A stretch of DNA of 63,106 nucleotides, counting the filler, from Bonamia ostreae (lineage: Eukaryota), in NCBI GenBank assembly GCA_040357525.1. It is 27 parts of 27 records of this genome, joined end to end, with 100 filler letters (N's around TTAATTAATTAA, not from the genome) between each part and the next. Parts side by side here need not be neighbours in the genome. Positions count along the whole stretch, not along the records: positions 1 to 2,263 come from JBDODL010000936.1; positions 2,364 to 4,623 come from JBDODL010000937.1; positions 4,724 to 6,982 come from JBDODL010000938.1; positions 7,083 to 9,340 come from JBDODL010000939.1; positions 9,441 to 11,695 come from JBDODL010000940.1; 22 more parts are not named here. One strand, written 5' to 3'. How positions within the stretch are numbered: position 1 is the stretch's first letter; each line of letters begins with the position of its first letter. The notes below the pieces were generated by a model. The model saw nothing but the letters and a program-made list of their open reading frames with translations. It made no database searches and had not been told where the DNA came from. Position numbers and translations under genes: made by a program. Below are positions 1-11,599 of the stretch, piece by piece.

Positions 1-646
1 TCGAATCATCCCTTTATTGAAAGGGCTAGCTCCTAAGACACAATACCGTCAAATCGATCTTTTCAATATCTACAACATTTAACAAAAAGTTTATCTTTTT
101 TTTAATTGAATTTTTTTTTTCAAATTGGTCACAAGAAACAATTGGATGATTGCATCATACTCGAAGTAACAATCTAAACACTTGTTTGGTCCTTAAATGC
201 TTAACAAAATAGTTTTATATAAGAAATATAGAGCATCAATATCTTGGACATAACTTTATAAACCATTACCACGTGATGTGTTGATACTGAATAAATAAGA
301 TATAAATAAGAACATTACGAATGGTTTTGTAAATCTCATATATTCACACATCCTCTGGACGCAATGGAGGCGGGATCTGCTATCTAGGAGGTGTAATTAT
401 TCGCTGTATTGATTCGATATGGTCATGCCACAAGGATAGATGCATAATCGTATTCTCGTGAAATTAAGGTCTTGCAAAATAAAGGTGATCTACAGACCTA
501 TGTTTTGTACGTTTGGCAGATATATAAATTATTATACAATGTTTGTAGTGTGGAAAAACCATGGATTTAAAATTTGAATGTAGAAAAGTTGTGCATTCAT
601 ATTTTTCTCAACAACAAAAATGTATTTTGAATGTCCTTGTACTAAC

Positions 647-1421
647 CTACTATAGGTGAACTATCGCTGACAGTAAGAGTCCAAATTCCACTGGGATGTT
701 CGCCCCAAAACTGCACGGAAGTTACATTGATTGATAAATGATTTCTGTGATCAATATGACGACCAGGGATTATGGTTGAGGGCGTTCCACACGGTGATGT
801 TAAAGTAACTTTTACAAATCCAGCGCGATTCGAAGTGAAATTTAGAAAAACGGATACGTGTTCAACTTCTTCTATTTCACAATTTCCTGGGAAAATTTGA
901 ATTTGAAGACAGTTTTTCAATCTGAAGAATAAATATACAAACAGTCCAATAAAGGTCTATGTTTACTGAATGACATATTTGAAAATTAGCCACAACAGAT
1001 TTTGCTTAACGAAAATTAATTAAATTTTCTTACTCTTGGGGCATCTGCCTTTGGTTGAAAATGTACTCGCACTGGGTTCCAATGGGTACATTGACCCATC
1101 TCTGACTTTCGAGGACAAGGCGTCCTATGTTCAGAAGTCCGAATCCAAACGTCATGGATGCTTAAGAGAAAACAAGATATTGATAAACCCACACTCACCT
1201 TGACAAATAAACGAGCATATAGACATAGAACATATACTTATATATGAAGTATAGTCTTTTACTAATATCACTTATATTAATCTAAGTGTGCTTATACGTA
1301 ATTAATTCACTCACATTTCAAATTTGCACCGTTTACAAGGAAATCATTTGGTCGAAACGGTAGCTCTGCATCAGATGTACGAACGAGGAGGTGCATGATA
1401 TCCCTGTATGTCAACTCCTTA
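647..1421 (-). CDS. Host (metazoan) proprotein convertase, furin/kexin family, three internal exons
   Basis: Exons 1421-1315 (KELTYRDIMHLLVRTS...FLVNGA), 1160-1034 (SMTFGFGLLNIGRLV...W) and 921-647 (P-domain EHV...LTSPCGT...FWGEHPSGIWTLTVSD). Donors are canonical GTGAGT, GTAAGA and GTTAGT; introns exceed 100 nt. Confidence 0.85.
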
Positions 1422-2263
1422 CTGAAGAGTATCAAGTGTAAATCAATATTGACTTTATAAATGATCTCCCTTAAATATTGTTATTCCTACAAATAAGTAT
1501 AGGTATAAATACCAACATCATAAATCCATTTCATGAATTGAGATTTACATATTATTTAAAAGTATGCCTTAACAGAGGAATCATAGGAGACGCAACCCAA
1601 ATTAATCGTCAATGATTTTTAATCATTTAAATCTCATTTCCAAGCAATTTTCGGTTGCACTATGCCTTCTTGTGTCCGTTAGACATCAATACCGATTAGC
1701 CTATGCACAAATACACGCAACGGTATTTCATGCATCTCTGACCTATTTTGGAACATGATAAGAATAGTCCAATACTGAAATTTGCATAAAGAATGCCTAA
1801 GCTAGCTAAAAATATACGTGGCAGGAAAGTGATATTACTGTTGGCTGAAAAAAATATTCTGGATGACCACAAATACACAATATCTCATGATTACAACAAC
1901 CTTATACTGAGTAGTACGACTGCACTGGATTAGAACTGCTCAAAAGACACAATATATAGCCTAGATACGCTCTTCATGCATATCTGCTCTTATGACAACT
2001 ATCCGCATTGGGATATAAAAACAATGGTCATCAATCGACATCGGCGTAACGGCAGACAACATAGCCTAAATGTGTTTCAAATGCAAAAGAGCGTCGTGCA
2101 TTCTCTTCTGACGAGTCAAGTTTCAAGTTTTACTGCTTAAAGGTCGTAGGAGACGATTTGCAAAAAATGGTTTGCACGATAAGGTGTTCTTCTTTAATTA
2201 TTCATCATATGCATATAAGTCATTCAGAGAAAACAATCGTTAGATAACAGACACTACAGATCG

Positions 2264-2363
2264 NNNNNNNNNNNNNNNNNNNNNNNNNNNNNNNNNNNNN
2301 NNNNNNNTTAATTAATTAANNNNNNNNNNNNNNNNNNNNNNNNNNNNNNNNNNNNNNNNNNNN
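2264..2363. other. Artificial contig linker (N44 + TTAATTAATTAA + N44), first of 26
   Basis: An identical 100-nt spacer with stops in all six frames recurs about every 2.3 kb (e.g. 4624-4723, 6983-7082, 60785-60884). Contig lengths fall monotonically from 2263 to 2222 bp. Confidence 0.99.
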
Positions 2364-2369
2364 ATAAAA

Positions 2370-3730
2370 TTAAATATTATCGCCCCGTTTATCGATGAAA
2401 AGTCTTTCAAGTCGTTTCGCCAATTTTCTTTGTTTTTCGATTTTTTTTTCTGCGCGCTTTTTAAGTTCTTCTCTCCGGGCGGCTTCTTCATTGAGCAATT
2501 GCTTCCTTGACAATTTTGTCAAGACGTCTTCTTTGCCGCGACGGTTTGTCATCCGCTTTTTTAACTGATCAGCAACACTGAGCTCTTTTCGGTCGTCATT
2601 CTGCGATCGATGGTCATTTGACTTTTCCGTTCTTCCGTAGTTAAACGATTGTTTCGGTTCTTTTGTTTGTAAATGTTTTTTCTTTTCGTTTTCAGTCATT
2701 TTCATTAATCTGCTCAAAGAAATGCCACGCGTTGCTTTTTCTTCCGGTTTAATTGAAGATTTTTCAGTTTGTTGTTTTGGCTTTCGGTTTCTGCTTTGCC
2801 ACAATTTTTGTCTCTCGGAATCTTCGGTTTGTTCTTTTCTGACTTTTTCACTTTTTGTGGTTTCTTTAGTCGTTTCTTTTTCGTTTTTCGGGTTTTTAGC
2901 AATCGGATTTTTCCCGTTTTTGAGGCCATTTTCGTTTGTTCTGGTTTTGTCCGAATCGTTTTTCGTTGTGTCTTTTTTGGGGCCCGTTTTCTGAACTGGC
3001 GCTTCTATTTTCCTAAAATTGTCGAAAACGGAAGTTTTGCTAGACAGATTTCTTCTCTCCGTCCTATTTTGCTGGAAACGACGATTCTCCCGTCTTTCCG
3101 TTCCGCCAAAAGTTTTTCTGTTTAGGTTTCGACCAAATCTTGTCTCAGAGTTGTGTTGACTGAACTCGCGATTGCGTCTTCTGTCTGAAACATTTCTGTT
3201 GAAAGTGTTTCTCTTGGTCACATTATCTGCGCTGTCTGATTTATCTTTGTGTGTTCTGATGCCAGTGAAATCGACGATCTTCTGATCAGGACCATCAAAG
3301 CTCGTGTTTTCGGTGTCAATCGTGTTTCTTCGGAAGTTTTGTCTCGGCGACGAATTAAACTGATGTTTCGCTCCTCTGGACGGGTTCAATTTGGCGAAGT
3401 TCTTCGGGTTCCAGCTATTTCGTCTCGACTCGAAAGCTTCATCGTTGCGCTCATTGCTGCCATCGAACCTTTGGATCGATCTGTTTCTGACCGGACGGTT
3501 AAAACTGGTTTGACGATCGTTCACTCTGTACGTTTTGTAGTTGCAGCGAGTGTTTTGGTTGAATCCGTAATCTCTCGAGTTCTTTTCGTACTGACCTCTT
3601 CCGCGCGAAAAAGTTGTCAAAAGGCAAACTGTGTCGGTCCGCTCGGGAGCTGGATAGTTTTGGGGGCGTTTTCGGCGATGTCGGAGAGGGCGATCGACAC
3701 TGACTCGACAGATGACTTTTTCTTTCCCAT
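2370..3730 (-). CDS. Low-complexity R/N/K-rich protein, possibly eIF4B-like
   Basis: ATG at 3730 (MGKKKSS...LPSGPT). A 32-nt GTTTG...GAAG intron at 3598-3629 joins it in frame to the 416-aa ORF. The eIF4B idea rests only on the LPxGP motif and composition. Confidence 0.55.
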
Positions 3731-3855
3731 AATTTTTATTTTATTGTGAGGCTGCGAAGGCTGCGATTAGGTTTTGTGGCGATTTATCGAGGAAGCCTAT
3801 AAAATTTAACAAACTGCAACATTTTAAGCTTATCGATATATTACAAATCTATTTT

Positions 3856-3935
3856 TTTGTTTTATAAGTTTTGGAGTTACAATTTGTTTTATAAGTTTTG
3901 GAGTTACAATTTGTTTTATAAGTTTTGGAGTACAA
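3856..3935. repeat. 27-bp tandem repeat, 3 copies (tttgttttataagttttggagttacaa)
   Basis: Read directly; the third copy lacks one T. Confidence 0.9.
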
Positions 3936-4789
3936 ACAAGTAGAAAATAAAAATTAAACTGATAGTTTTCATAAAAATGTGTATGAACGTCGAGATCATT
4001 TGATAGCACAAATTGATCTTTGTGAATAACAACGGAATGCTTCTATATACCGCCTTCAATCTGTTCTGTGTTGATTTTATATTTTAAAACTCTGCATAGA
4101 AGACCACGCATCAGTTATCAGGATATTATTTGGCATCAAACAAGGTTAAATGTATTTTTGTTAAAAATCATAAACTGAATATTCAATAGATTGAACCTAA
4201 TAAAATTGAACCAATCGACTACAGTATTTTTGTTAATTCCTGTTTCGTAAATGGTTTGTTTACTAGAAAAGAAAATCTGCTACAATTTTTAATGCAAAAT
4301 AATTTGTTGCAGAAAATTTTTAATATGCAAAATAATCAAAATCAGGTAAATGCGAAAATTTTTCAGGAAATATGAACATAATAAAATCGAATAATTGTTG
4401 CAGAACAACAAATTAATTTTCATCCAAAAATCGAATAGAATCTATTGAAAACAATATAAAGTAGTTGAAGTAAGAACTATAGAAACAAGTAAAGCAAAAC
4501 GGAGAACATTCCCGCTAAACAAATTTTGTTCTCAATCAAGATAGCAAAAACAATAAATTGAAACAATAAATTTTAAAAGAAAATGAATAAATGTATATTT
4601 TGCACAAATTATTTAGTTTTAATNNNNNNNNNNNNNNNNNNNNNNNNNNNNNNNNNNNNNNNNNNNNTTAATTAATTAANNNNNNNNNNNNNNNNNNNNN
4701 NNNNNNNNNNNNNNNNNNNNNNNTTGCCAAGTGCGATTTTATGTTCTTAAACGTTATTAATAAAGTTAATACTGTACTGAGCTTATAAA

Positions 4790-5496
4790 ATGAAATACGG
4801 GAACACATTTGCAAAAATAACACAAAAAAGCAGTTTCAAGGCAATCAAATCGCCCTTTGTCTCGCCCGACGAAAAAACGAGACATATCAAAAGATTGACT
4901 TATCATTTCAATTACCAAAAACACAAGTTCCCATTTAAAACCGCCCAATTTTAAAAAAATCCATTAAAAATTAGTTATGGCCATTTATAATTTTAAAAAG
5001 ATCTGTTTTCAAAAACAACAAATTCGTCTTATTCTTTTCGTTTTATAACACGAATGGCTATTCTTGGGACAAAAAACGAATCGAATTGGCGTCACAAAAT
5101 ATTTTCATTTTATTCGTTAAACCAAAAATGGCACAAAAAGCGGTTATAAACACGCCTTGTGAACCAGTCAAAAACGTTTTGACTCAAAACACTTTTGTCG
5201 CTTACTGGGAATCCTCCCCCGAAAAAATTATAAACGACCATTCCGAATCTTCAAAAATCGTTCATTCCATTCTAGAACATCCCGGAACTTTTCTTTTATG
5301 CGGGATTTTCGGGAACAAAGTTTATTACGGAGACAAGTTGACGCAAACTTTAGCCATCAACAAAAACTCGCCAACGATAGAGATGGTCCAAGCTCTCAAT
5401 TTTTATTCTCCTATTTCGATAATTAAAATATGTCGAGCGCAAGTTGTTCAGATGTTGAGAAGTTTAAAGTGGTTTATAGAAGAGAAGAGTAAATAA
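4790..5496 (+). CDS. Probable mitochondrial ribosomal protein uL10m
   Basis: ATG 4790, intron 4927-5000 (GTTC...AAAG). The spliced protein has a basic presequence-like N-terminus followed by a uL10-like pattern (VFKNNKFVLFF...KRIEL...FVKPKMAQKAVINTP...FLLCGIFGNKVY). Confidence 0.6.
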
Positions 5497-5665
5497 TTTT
5501 TATTTTTCGCAGATTTTGGACAGATTTTGGTATTTTTTCTATTTTAATTTTTGGAAAACAATGTACAATTTTTTCAAGTTTGCAAATTTTACGGCCAATC
5601 CAAATATTTCTTGTGCGCTGAAATCGATCTTTGTCCAAATTTTATTCAAATAACTGTAAAATCGC

Positions 5666-5818
5666 AAAAGATAAAACGAATTGCCAAAATTTTAAATTTT
5701 TTCAGCAAAAATAATTTCGACTTTTTTAAAAAGATAAAACGAATTGCTAAAATTTTATAAATTTTTTCAGCAAAAATAATTTCGACTTTTTTAAAAAGCT
5801 AAAACGAATTGCCAAAAC
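5666..5818. repeat. About 62-bp tandem repeat, about 2.5 copies
   Basis: The unit aaaagataaaacgaattgccaaaatttt...aatttcgactttttt repeats directly. Confidence 0.8.
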
Positions 5819-5819
5819 T

Positions 5820-6482
5820 TTTTCGTTGACAAGAATTTTGAATTCTCTAAAACAAAGAAAGTTCAGATATTTGACCGAATTTAAGGAGATTTCGACTATT
5901 TGGTAGATTTTGAATAATCTGTTGTTGACGAATTGGTTTTCGCCGATATGAATTTGTTCTAACGGTTCGTATTTGAACTTATCATTAAACTGAAAAATGG
6001 ATCAATTTTACATTTTGCAATATCGCTTCATAATCCATTCCAGCGTTCATTAACTAAAAAATGGAAATCTAAACACAAAATATTTCAGTTTTTTCGAAAA
6101 CGAAAAAACACAAAATTAGTTTAGCGAAAAAGGTTTTCTGACTAAATTTGGACAAGTTTAGATTAAATCTTTAAAATTAAAAGTAACGATTTTGCCTACA
6201 CAATCTTAAAAAACGAGCACATAAAGTTCGCCTATTCCGTTGACACTTTTAGCTTTTTCAACGGAACCAAAATTTCTCAAATGTTTGTTTATCCAAAAAA
6301 ACGCGTACGCTTTTCTTATCTTTGAAACTGTTTCTATAATAACGGAAATCAACGAAACGCTTTTTTTGCAAACAAAAAGATAATTTTTCAAAATCTTATT
6401 TTCGTTTAAGGAAAACATCATTTGTTCGTTTTCTCAGATTGTTTGGAGGGATATCAATGTAGAGTCTCAAGACTTCAGACAT
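5820..6482 (-). CDS. Hypothetical spliced protein (3' extent uncertain)
   Basis: ATG 6482 (MSEVLRLYID...). A 22-nt intron at 6395-6416 restores frame into the 6206-6421 ORF; further exons are plausible downstream. No family recognised. Confidence 0.5.
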
Positions 6483-6725
6483 TATAATTTAAAATTGTGA
6501 CGTTTACTTTACAAATTTGGCGATACTTTAATAAAATCTGGCTAAATTTTAAAATATAATTTTGCATTTTTTGTAGCATTGAATTATAACGTTTGTTTTG
6601 GAACGACATTACAAAATTACTAAATCGGAAAAGCCATATTTATTATCAGACAAATCAATAAAACGCTAAATCTAAATTTTATAAGTTAGATCTATTGGCA
6701 ATTAAAATCAAATTGGATTCAAACA

Positions 6726-6944
6726 ATGTCGACAAAACGCTAAAAAAAGATATATCAGAAAGCGTTAAAATCCAAAAACCAAAAAGCTCATCAAAATCCG
6801 TAAGGATGGTGACTGGTTTTAATTGTCCCTATATGGACACTATTAATCGAAAATCTCTTGATTTCGATTTCGAGAAAGTTTGCTCTGTTACACTCAACAA
6901 ACAAAACGTTTACGCCTGCCTAGTTTGTGGATTGTATTTTAACG
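6726..6944 (+). CDS. USP39: U4/U6.U5 tri-snRNP protein USP39/Sad1, 5' partial
   Basis: CPYMDTINRKSLDFDFEKVCSVTLNKQNVYACLVCGLYFNG is the Sad1/USP39 ZnF-UBP signature. The start is either ATG 6726 via a GC-AG intron or ATG 6806. Confidence 0.92.
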
Positions 6945-7118
6945 GTATAACTATTGATTTAACCAAAAATCAAAAATGTTATNNNNNNNNNNNNNNNNNN
7001 NNNNNNNNNNNNNNNNNNNNNNNNNNTTAATTAATTAANNNNNNNNNNNNNNNNNNNNNNNNNNNNNNNNNNNNNNNNNNNNCCAAAAAATATTTTTTGT
7101 TTTGCAATTTTAAAATAC

Positions 7119-8668
7119 CAAATTCTCCAGGAGAGTGCCCCGGCCTTGGTATGACAACAGAAGCAACATCGCCATAGCGCTGTGCGCCTAGCCTAATGTC
7201 GTACAATATATCTGTATACTCGTCATTTTTGACTAGCTCTTCCGCTCTGACCATGTTGTCAATCGCTATCACCAACGAAGGAGGGCACGGCCGAGATGGG
7301 AGCACATCGACGTCCAGCAAGGAAGGTTCGATGTTCACAGAACTTGGCAATGCCTCAATGAAAGCCTCTCGCAAATCGCCCGGAAGATCGGCGAAAAGCT
7401 CTTCTCTTTTCATCTTCGTCGGATCGTTTTTATTAACGAGCTCCGCGTCTTCCGGGAAAGCCGGGTTGACCAATGTTCCACCGTCAATAGTTGGACGTAT
7501 CTTAACCGGAATCAGATCACCTTTAACGCGAGTTCCCGATGTAGCGGGAAAAGGTACATTAATGTTTCGGTTTTTGGGCTTTTGGGCTTTAAATTGGATT
7601 TAATTAAATTTTTTGCATATAATATTTTTGTACTAATGACAGTTGTTTTGACTATCAATTAGACAATTTTTTAACGCGTGAAAAAATTTAGTTGTAAAGA
7701 GATGAAAATTTTAGTTCTGAGCGCTGAAAATTTAACGGCGAGAAGATTGCTTGCGGCCCTTATGCGCAGCCGGATCGACTATCGTCTTGAAAATATTGAA
7801 TCCAAGTGGAACAGCTCCCACGACAAAATTGGACAGATGAATCGGCGCTGGAGTGTAATCTGGAGGTCTCCCAACTTTCAGATTCCGCTCCCCTAAATTC
7901 ATGTTGTCTAACAGCGTTATGCACTTTGCCGTGTCTGAAACAGATCTCATATCAAGAAACTTTTCGGATTTTAAAAAATTTGAGCTGATTTTGTATAAAA
8001 ATTTGCGACATTAGCGTTTTTGATATAATATTAGAATTCGCAATGAATCAAAAATCCCTGTTAAGGCATCTTAGGAAAAAATAAAAACACAAAAAGCGGG
8101 AGGATCGCTCAACCAAACAGACAGAACCGGTTGAGGAGTGTTTATCCCGTGGAATTTGATGAGAATAGTGAAGAAATCGAGAAGAATGGTCTCGGTAAAT
8201 TTTAAGTTTGTGGGCAGATTCCCAATGTAAACTCGTCTAGCCATTCGAGTAGCGGTCGGGTTTGCTGTAATCATCGCTTGATGTTGCATTTTTTCTTTTA
8301 TCGTCATTCTTTGCTCGTCGAGAGGGAATATCGGAGTGTGAGAAGTAGGATCGATCATCTTTTTAGGCTTCTCCTTTTCTTCCACGACTTCTTCGCAATT
8401 TAGAAAAATGATAAAAATATAGGCGTTTTCGATATAATTGCCAAAATCTCGCTAATGTTGAACCAGAGTCCGATGACGAAGAGCTGTATGACGAAGAAAG
8501 ATAGGACGAAGAAGCAGATCTTTTTCTGCGATGGTTTTTATAGTGGTCTCTAGATCGCCTTGAATCTCGAGAACTGCGTCTTGACCGATGTCTCGACTTG
8601 CGTCGTCTTCTATGATCCGAATCAGAACTGTCTCTATGACTTTTGCGGGAACGTGTTACAGAAGGCAT
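7119..8668 (-). CDS. U2AF2: Splicing factor U2AF large subunit (U2AF65), 3' truncated by contig end
   Basis: RS domain; ATRMARRVYIGNLP (RRM1) ...FCFLDMRSV...LKVGRPPDY; UHM IAIDNMVRAEEL..DEYTDILYDI...RYGDVASVVIPRP. Predicted introns 8391-8463, 7960-8088 and 7587-7736, plus a possible 27-nt in-frame one near 7786-7812. Confidence 0.9.
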
Positions 8669-8788
8669 TATTGCTAAATATTTTGTTTATCAGAAACTTA
8701 TAATAACCGTTTAGCTTTTATAAGAAGCTGTTAATAAAGTCTGTAAAGCTAAATGTATGTTAATCTGTTTTAATATAGTCTTTTTAGG

Positions 8789-9340
8789 ATGGACAAAATC
8801 GAGAAAATTAATAAAAAAGACATTTTTAAAACTGGAAACATCTTTGAAGGAAATATCGCCGATCACGTCAAATTCCACTTCAACGAAGCTACAGATTCTT
8901 CCGCCGCCGAAAATGGCAAAACTGAGCAAAACGAACTGATTAATCCTAAAATAGTCGAACTTTTTCAACTGTTACATTTTTTTAATAAAAGTATCGGGAG
9001 GGCCTTGAAACAGCTACATCAAGGAAATCTTCCAAAAGCAATGAAAGCTGTCCCAAACTTGACGAATTGGGAAGAAATAATAGACATCGCCAATCCCTTT
9101 GAATGGACTCCATACGCTGTGCAATCTGTCACCAAAATGTTTGCCAGTAATTTAAAAAGTGAAATGGCCGAAACGTTTAAGCTTTAATTACTAGATTTTA
9201 CAAAAAATATTTGTTGCCGATTTGTCGAGAAAACATTTTGAAAAACAAAAAACTGGATTTTCGACTATTCCTCGCTTTAAAAAAGGCGACCTACAAACCA
9301 GCCGCGTTTTATAAAGGGATTTTAGTGCCTCTTTTAAATG
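8789..9340 (+). CDS. BYSL: Bystin (Enp1), 3' partial
   Basis: GNLPKAMKAVP..NWEEII...WTPYAV..VTKMFASNL...LALKKATYKPAAFYKGILVPL. Introns 8971-8991 (21 nt) and 9175-9194 (20 nt). Confidence 0.93.
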
Positions 9341-9440
9341 NNNNNNNNNNNNNNNNNNNNNNNNNNNNNNNNNNNNNNNNNNNNTTAATTAATTAANNNN
9401 NNNNNNNNNNNNNNNNNNNNNNNNNNNNNNNNNNNNNNNN

Positions 9441-11599
9441 CCGTAATTTGCAAAATCCTTCATCTTCAGTTCAGAGAAATTGCCTTGCCACGAAAGAAAC
9501 GTGAAAAACAACGCAACGAAAACCACAACATAAACGAAGGTTTTACTACAGTTGAACCAATCCTTTTCCATTTCCAACTCGTCCTCCGAAATTTCTTCAC
9601 CGTCGTTCACCAGCTTTAGTTCATCTGGAATCGGTTGGTCGATAAGGTTTTCCGCGTTCCTGCTCTCAGGTTTCTCCTGGAATTCGTAGCTTCTGATGTT
9701 TTGTCGTTCGTGGTCAGTCAACGAGTAGGCCACGAGGACCCACAAAAGGATGACCACACAGCAACGCGATTCGACCATCACTCTGACCGAATCGTGGTTC
9801 GAGCCAAGGTAGGCATACCCCATATCCCCAAGCTTCTCCATCCCGTCTTGGAAGCTGTCGATTCGAAGCATCACCAAACTGGACAAGAAAAGCGCCCAGA
9901 TGTCGACGGTCCAAAACAAGTTCATGTACCCGCTCAACCGGAAGCCGAACAGGTTGACGAGAGACAACCCGATCAGAATCAGCTGAGGCTCTATGTTCAT
10001 CATCATCGTTATGATCTCCGCGTAGATGACAGAGGACTTGCCTGGATAGAAGGAGGTCAGCGAGTCGGTCACCTCGGAGTCGTTAATTATGGAGGCGCAC
10101 CAGCTGATGCTGTAATTGGCGGCGTCATCGAAAACATTGGATTCGAAGAATCGCTTGACGAAGGAGACCAGGACGATGGCGCAGGCTACGCAAGTGGACA
10201 AAGTCGTTAGATAAACGACGCTGTGTTGGCGGAACAGCAAATCTTTCCATTTTTCTTTGATCGAAGTTTTGATGGCTTTCAGCTTTCCTTCGATGGCCAG
10301 ATATACGAAGCAGTAGAGGTTCAGCAACCACGAGAACACGATGGCAGATATGAGGAGGGGCTCGGGCATTGAGACGGCCATTTCGAGTAGAAAGTACAAC
10401 TCGAAATAGCCCGTGATGGCGTGCATCAGCAAGTTTTCGGCGACGGTGTGCGGGAACTGGATGACTTGCAAAATGAAGAAAATGTGCTTTCCGATACTTA
10501 TCAACGACGAGACCACCCGCAGAAAGGTTGTGGCGAATTTTAGTTCTTCTTGGGCGGATATGTCTTTTAGAACAAAGATCAGCGCCGTGAGACAGAGGCC
10601 ACAATACAGAAACCACAAAACGACCAGAAGGGAGTTTTTGCATGGCAGGGTCGACTCGCCGCGGCTGTCCTGCTTTTTGACTTCAAAGCAGCATTTTCTG
10701 GATTGCACCATGTAATCGGGAATGACCAAGTCTGTTATTTCAAAATATTGCTTGGTGCATTCCGCGTTTACGATCCAATACAAAAACAGAAAGAAGAACG
10801 AGGAACAGATCGCTGTCGCCCCGTAAAACAGAAACGACGGGAGAGCGATCGGCATGTTCCTCACTGGCAATTTTTCGACGAACACAATCGTCACCTTTTA
10901 ATGCAAAAGTTAGCTCTGTCGGAATAAAAATCTAATACTTTTGTCTTTTTGCAAGTTCTGTTTAAGTTTAGCTATTTCGTATAAATCTGATACACTAATT
11001 GCAAAAAGATCAGAACGAACGATCGTTGGAATAAAAAACCGAAAAGAAAGTTAAAAGAAAATGGACAGCCGAGAGCATTCCATATTTCCCGGCGAGACCG
11101 CACATTAACGACATTCTGGCGAATTTCATCATTTCCGACACTTCTTGGTACCCGATGACAGATGGTCCCGAGGAGGTCGTGCAGACGATAACAATGATAA
11201 CACAGACAGCAGAAATCGCTAATCTGTGAATGCCCAGAAAGACGTTGGTCGGATTGGATGGGCTGTCAATAACATTTTAAAACCAGGAAGATCCGTTACT
11301 GATCGCGTTATCGATGCTGAGATAATTGCAAGACAAGTTCTCAGCATTCACTTTTAGACCGACAAAAATCACAACCGCGGCAATCGATATCGGTAGCAAA
11401 CACAGAACCTTGTAAGCGGTGACAAGGCAAATCATTGAAGCGCTTTCCGAATTAACTTGATGTTGTTGTTTAATTTACCCGATTCCATCTCAACAAATTC
11501 TTTTTCTTCGATTATTTTATCAATTTTCAATTCCTTCGATTTAGTGTCATTAGACGCGTTTAAAGCTATATCGTCTTTGTATGCATACTCTATAGACAT
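9441..11599 (-). CDS. Orphan polytopic membrane protein, 3' partial
   Basis: ATG 11599; introns 11456-11478 (23 nt), 11263-11283 (21 nt) and 10895-11039 join to the long ORF at 10894. Many hydrophobic segments; no family recognised. Confidence 0.7.

Noticed and set aside
2308-2319. Regularly spaced TTAATTAATTAA palindrome flanked by Ns, as a biological repeat or CRISPR-like array
   Set aside because: It is a synthetic six-frame-stop linker. Neighbouring contigs are not linked, so no cross-contig operon or cluster can be inferred.
9635-10715. Long antisense or alternate-frame ORFs over GC-richer genes (also 2722-3749, 14207-14656, 28806-29547, 49839-50151)
   Set aside because: These are shadow ORFs of real genes and carry no recognisable motifs.
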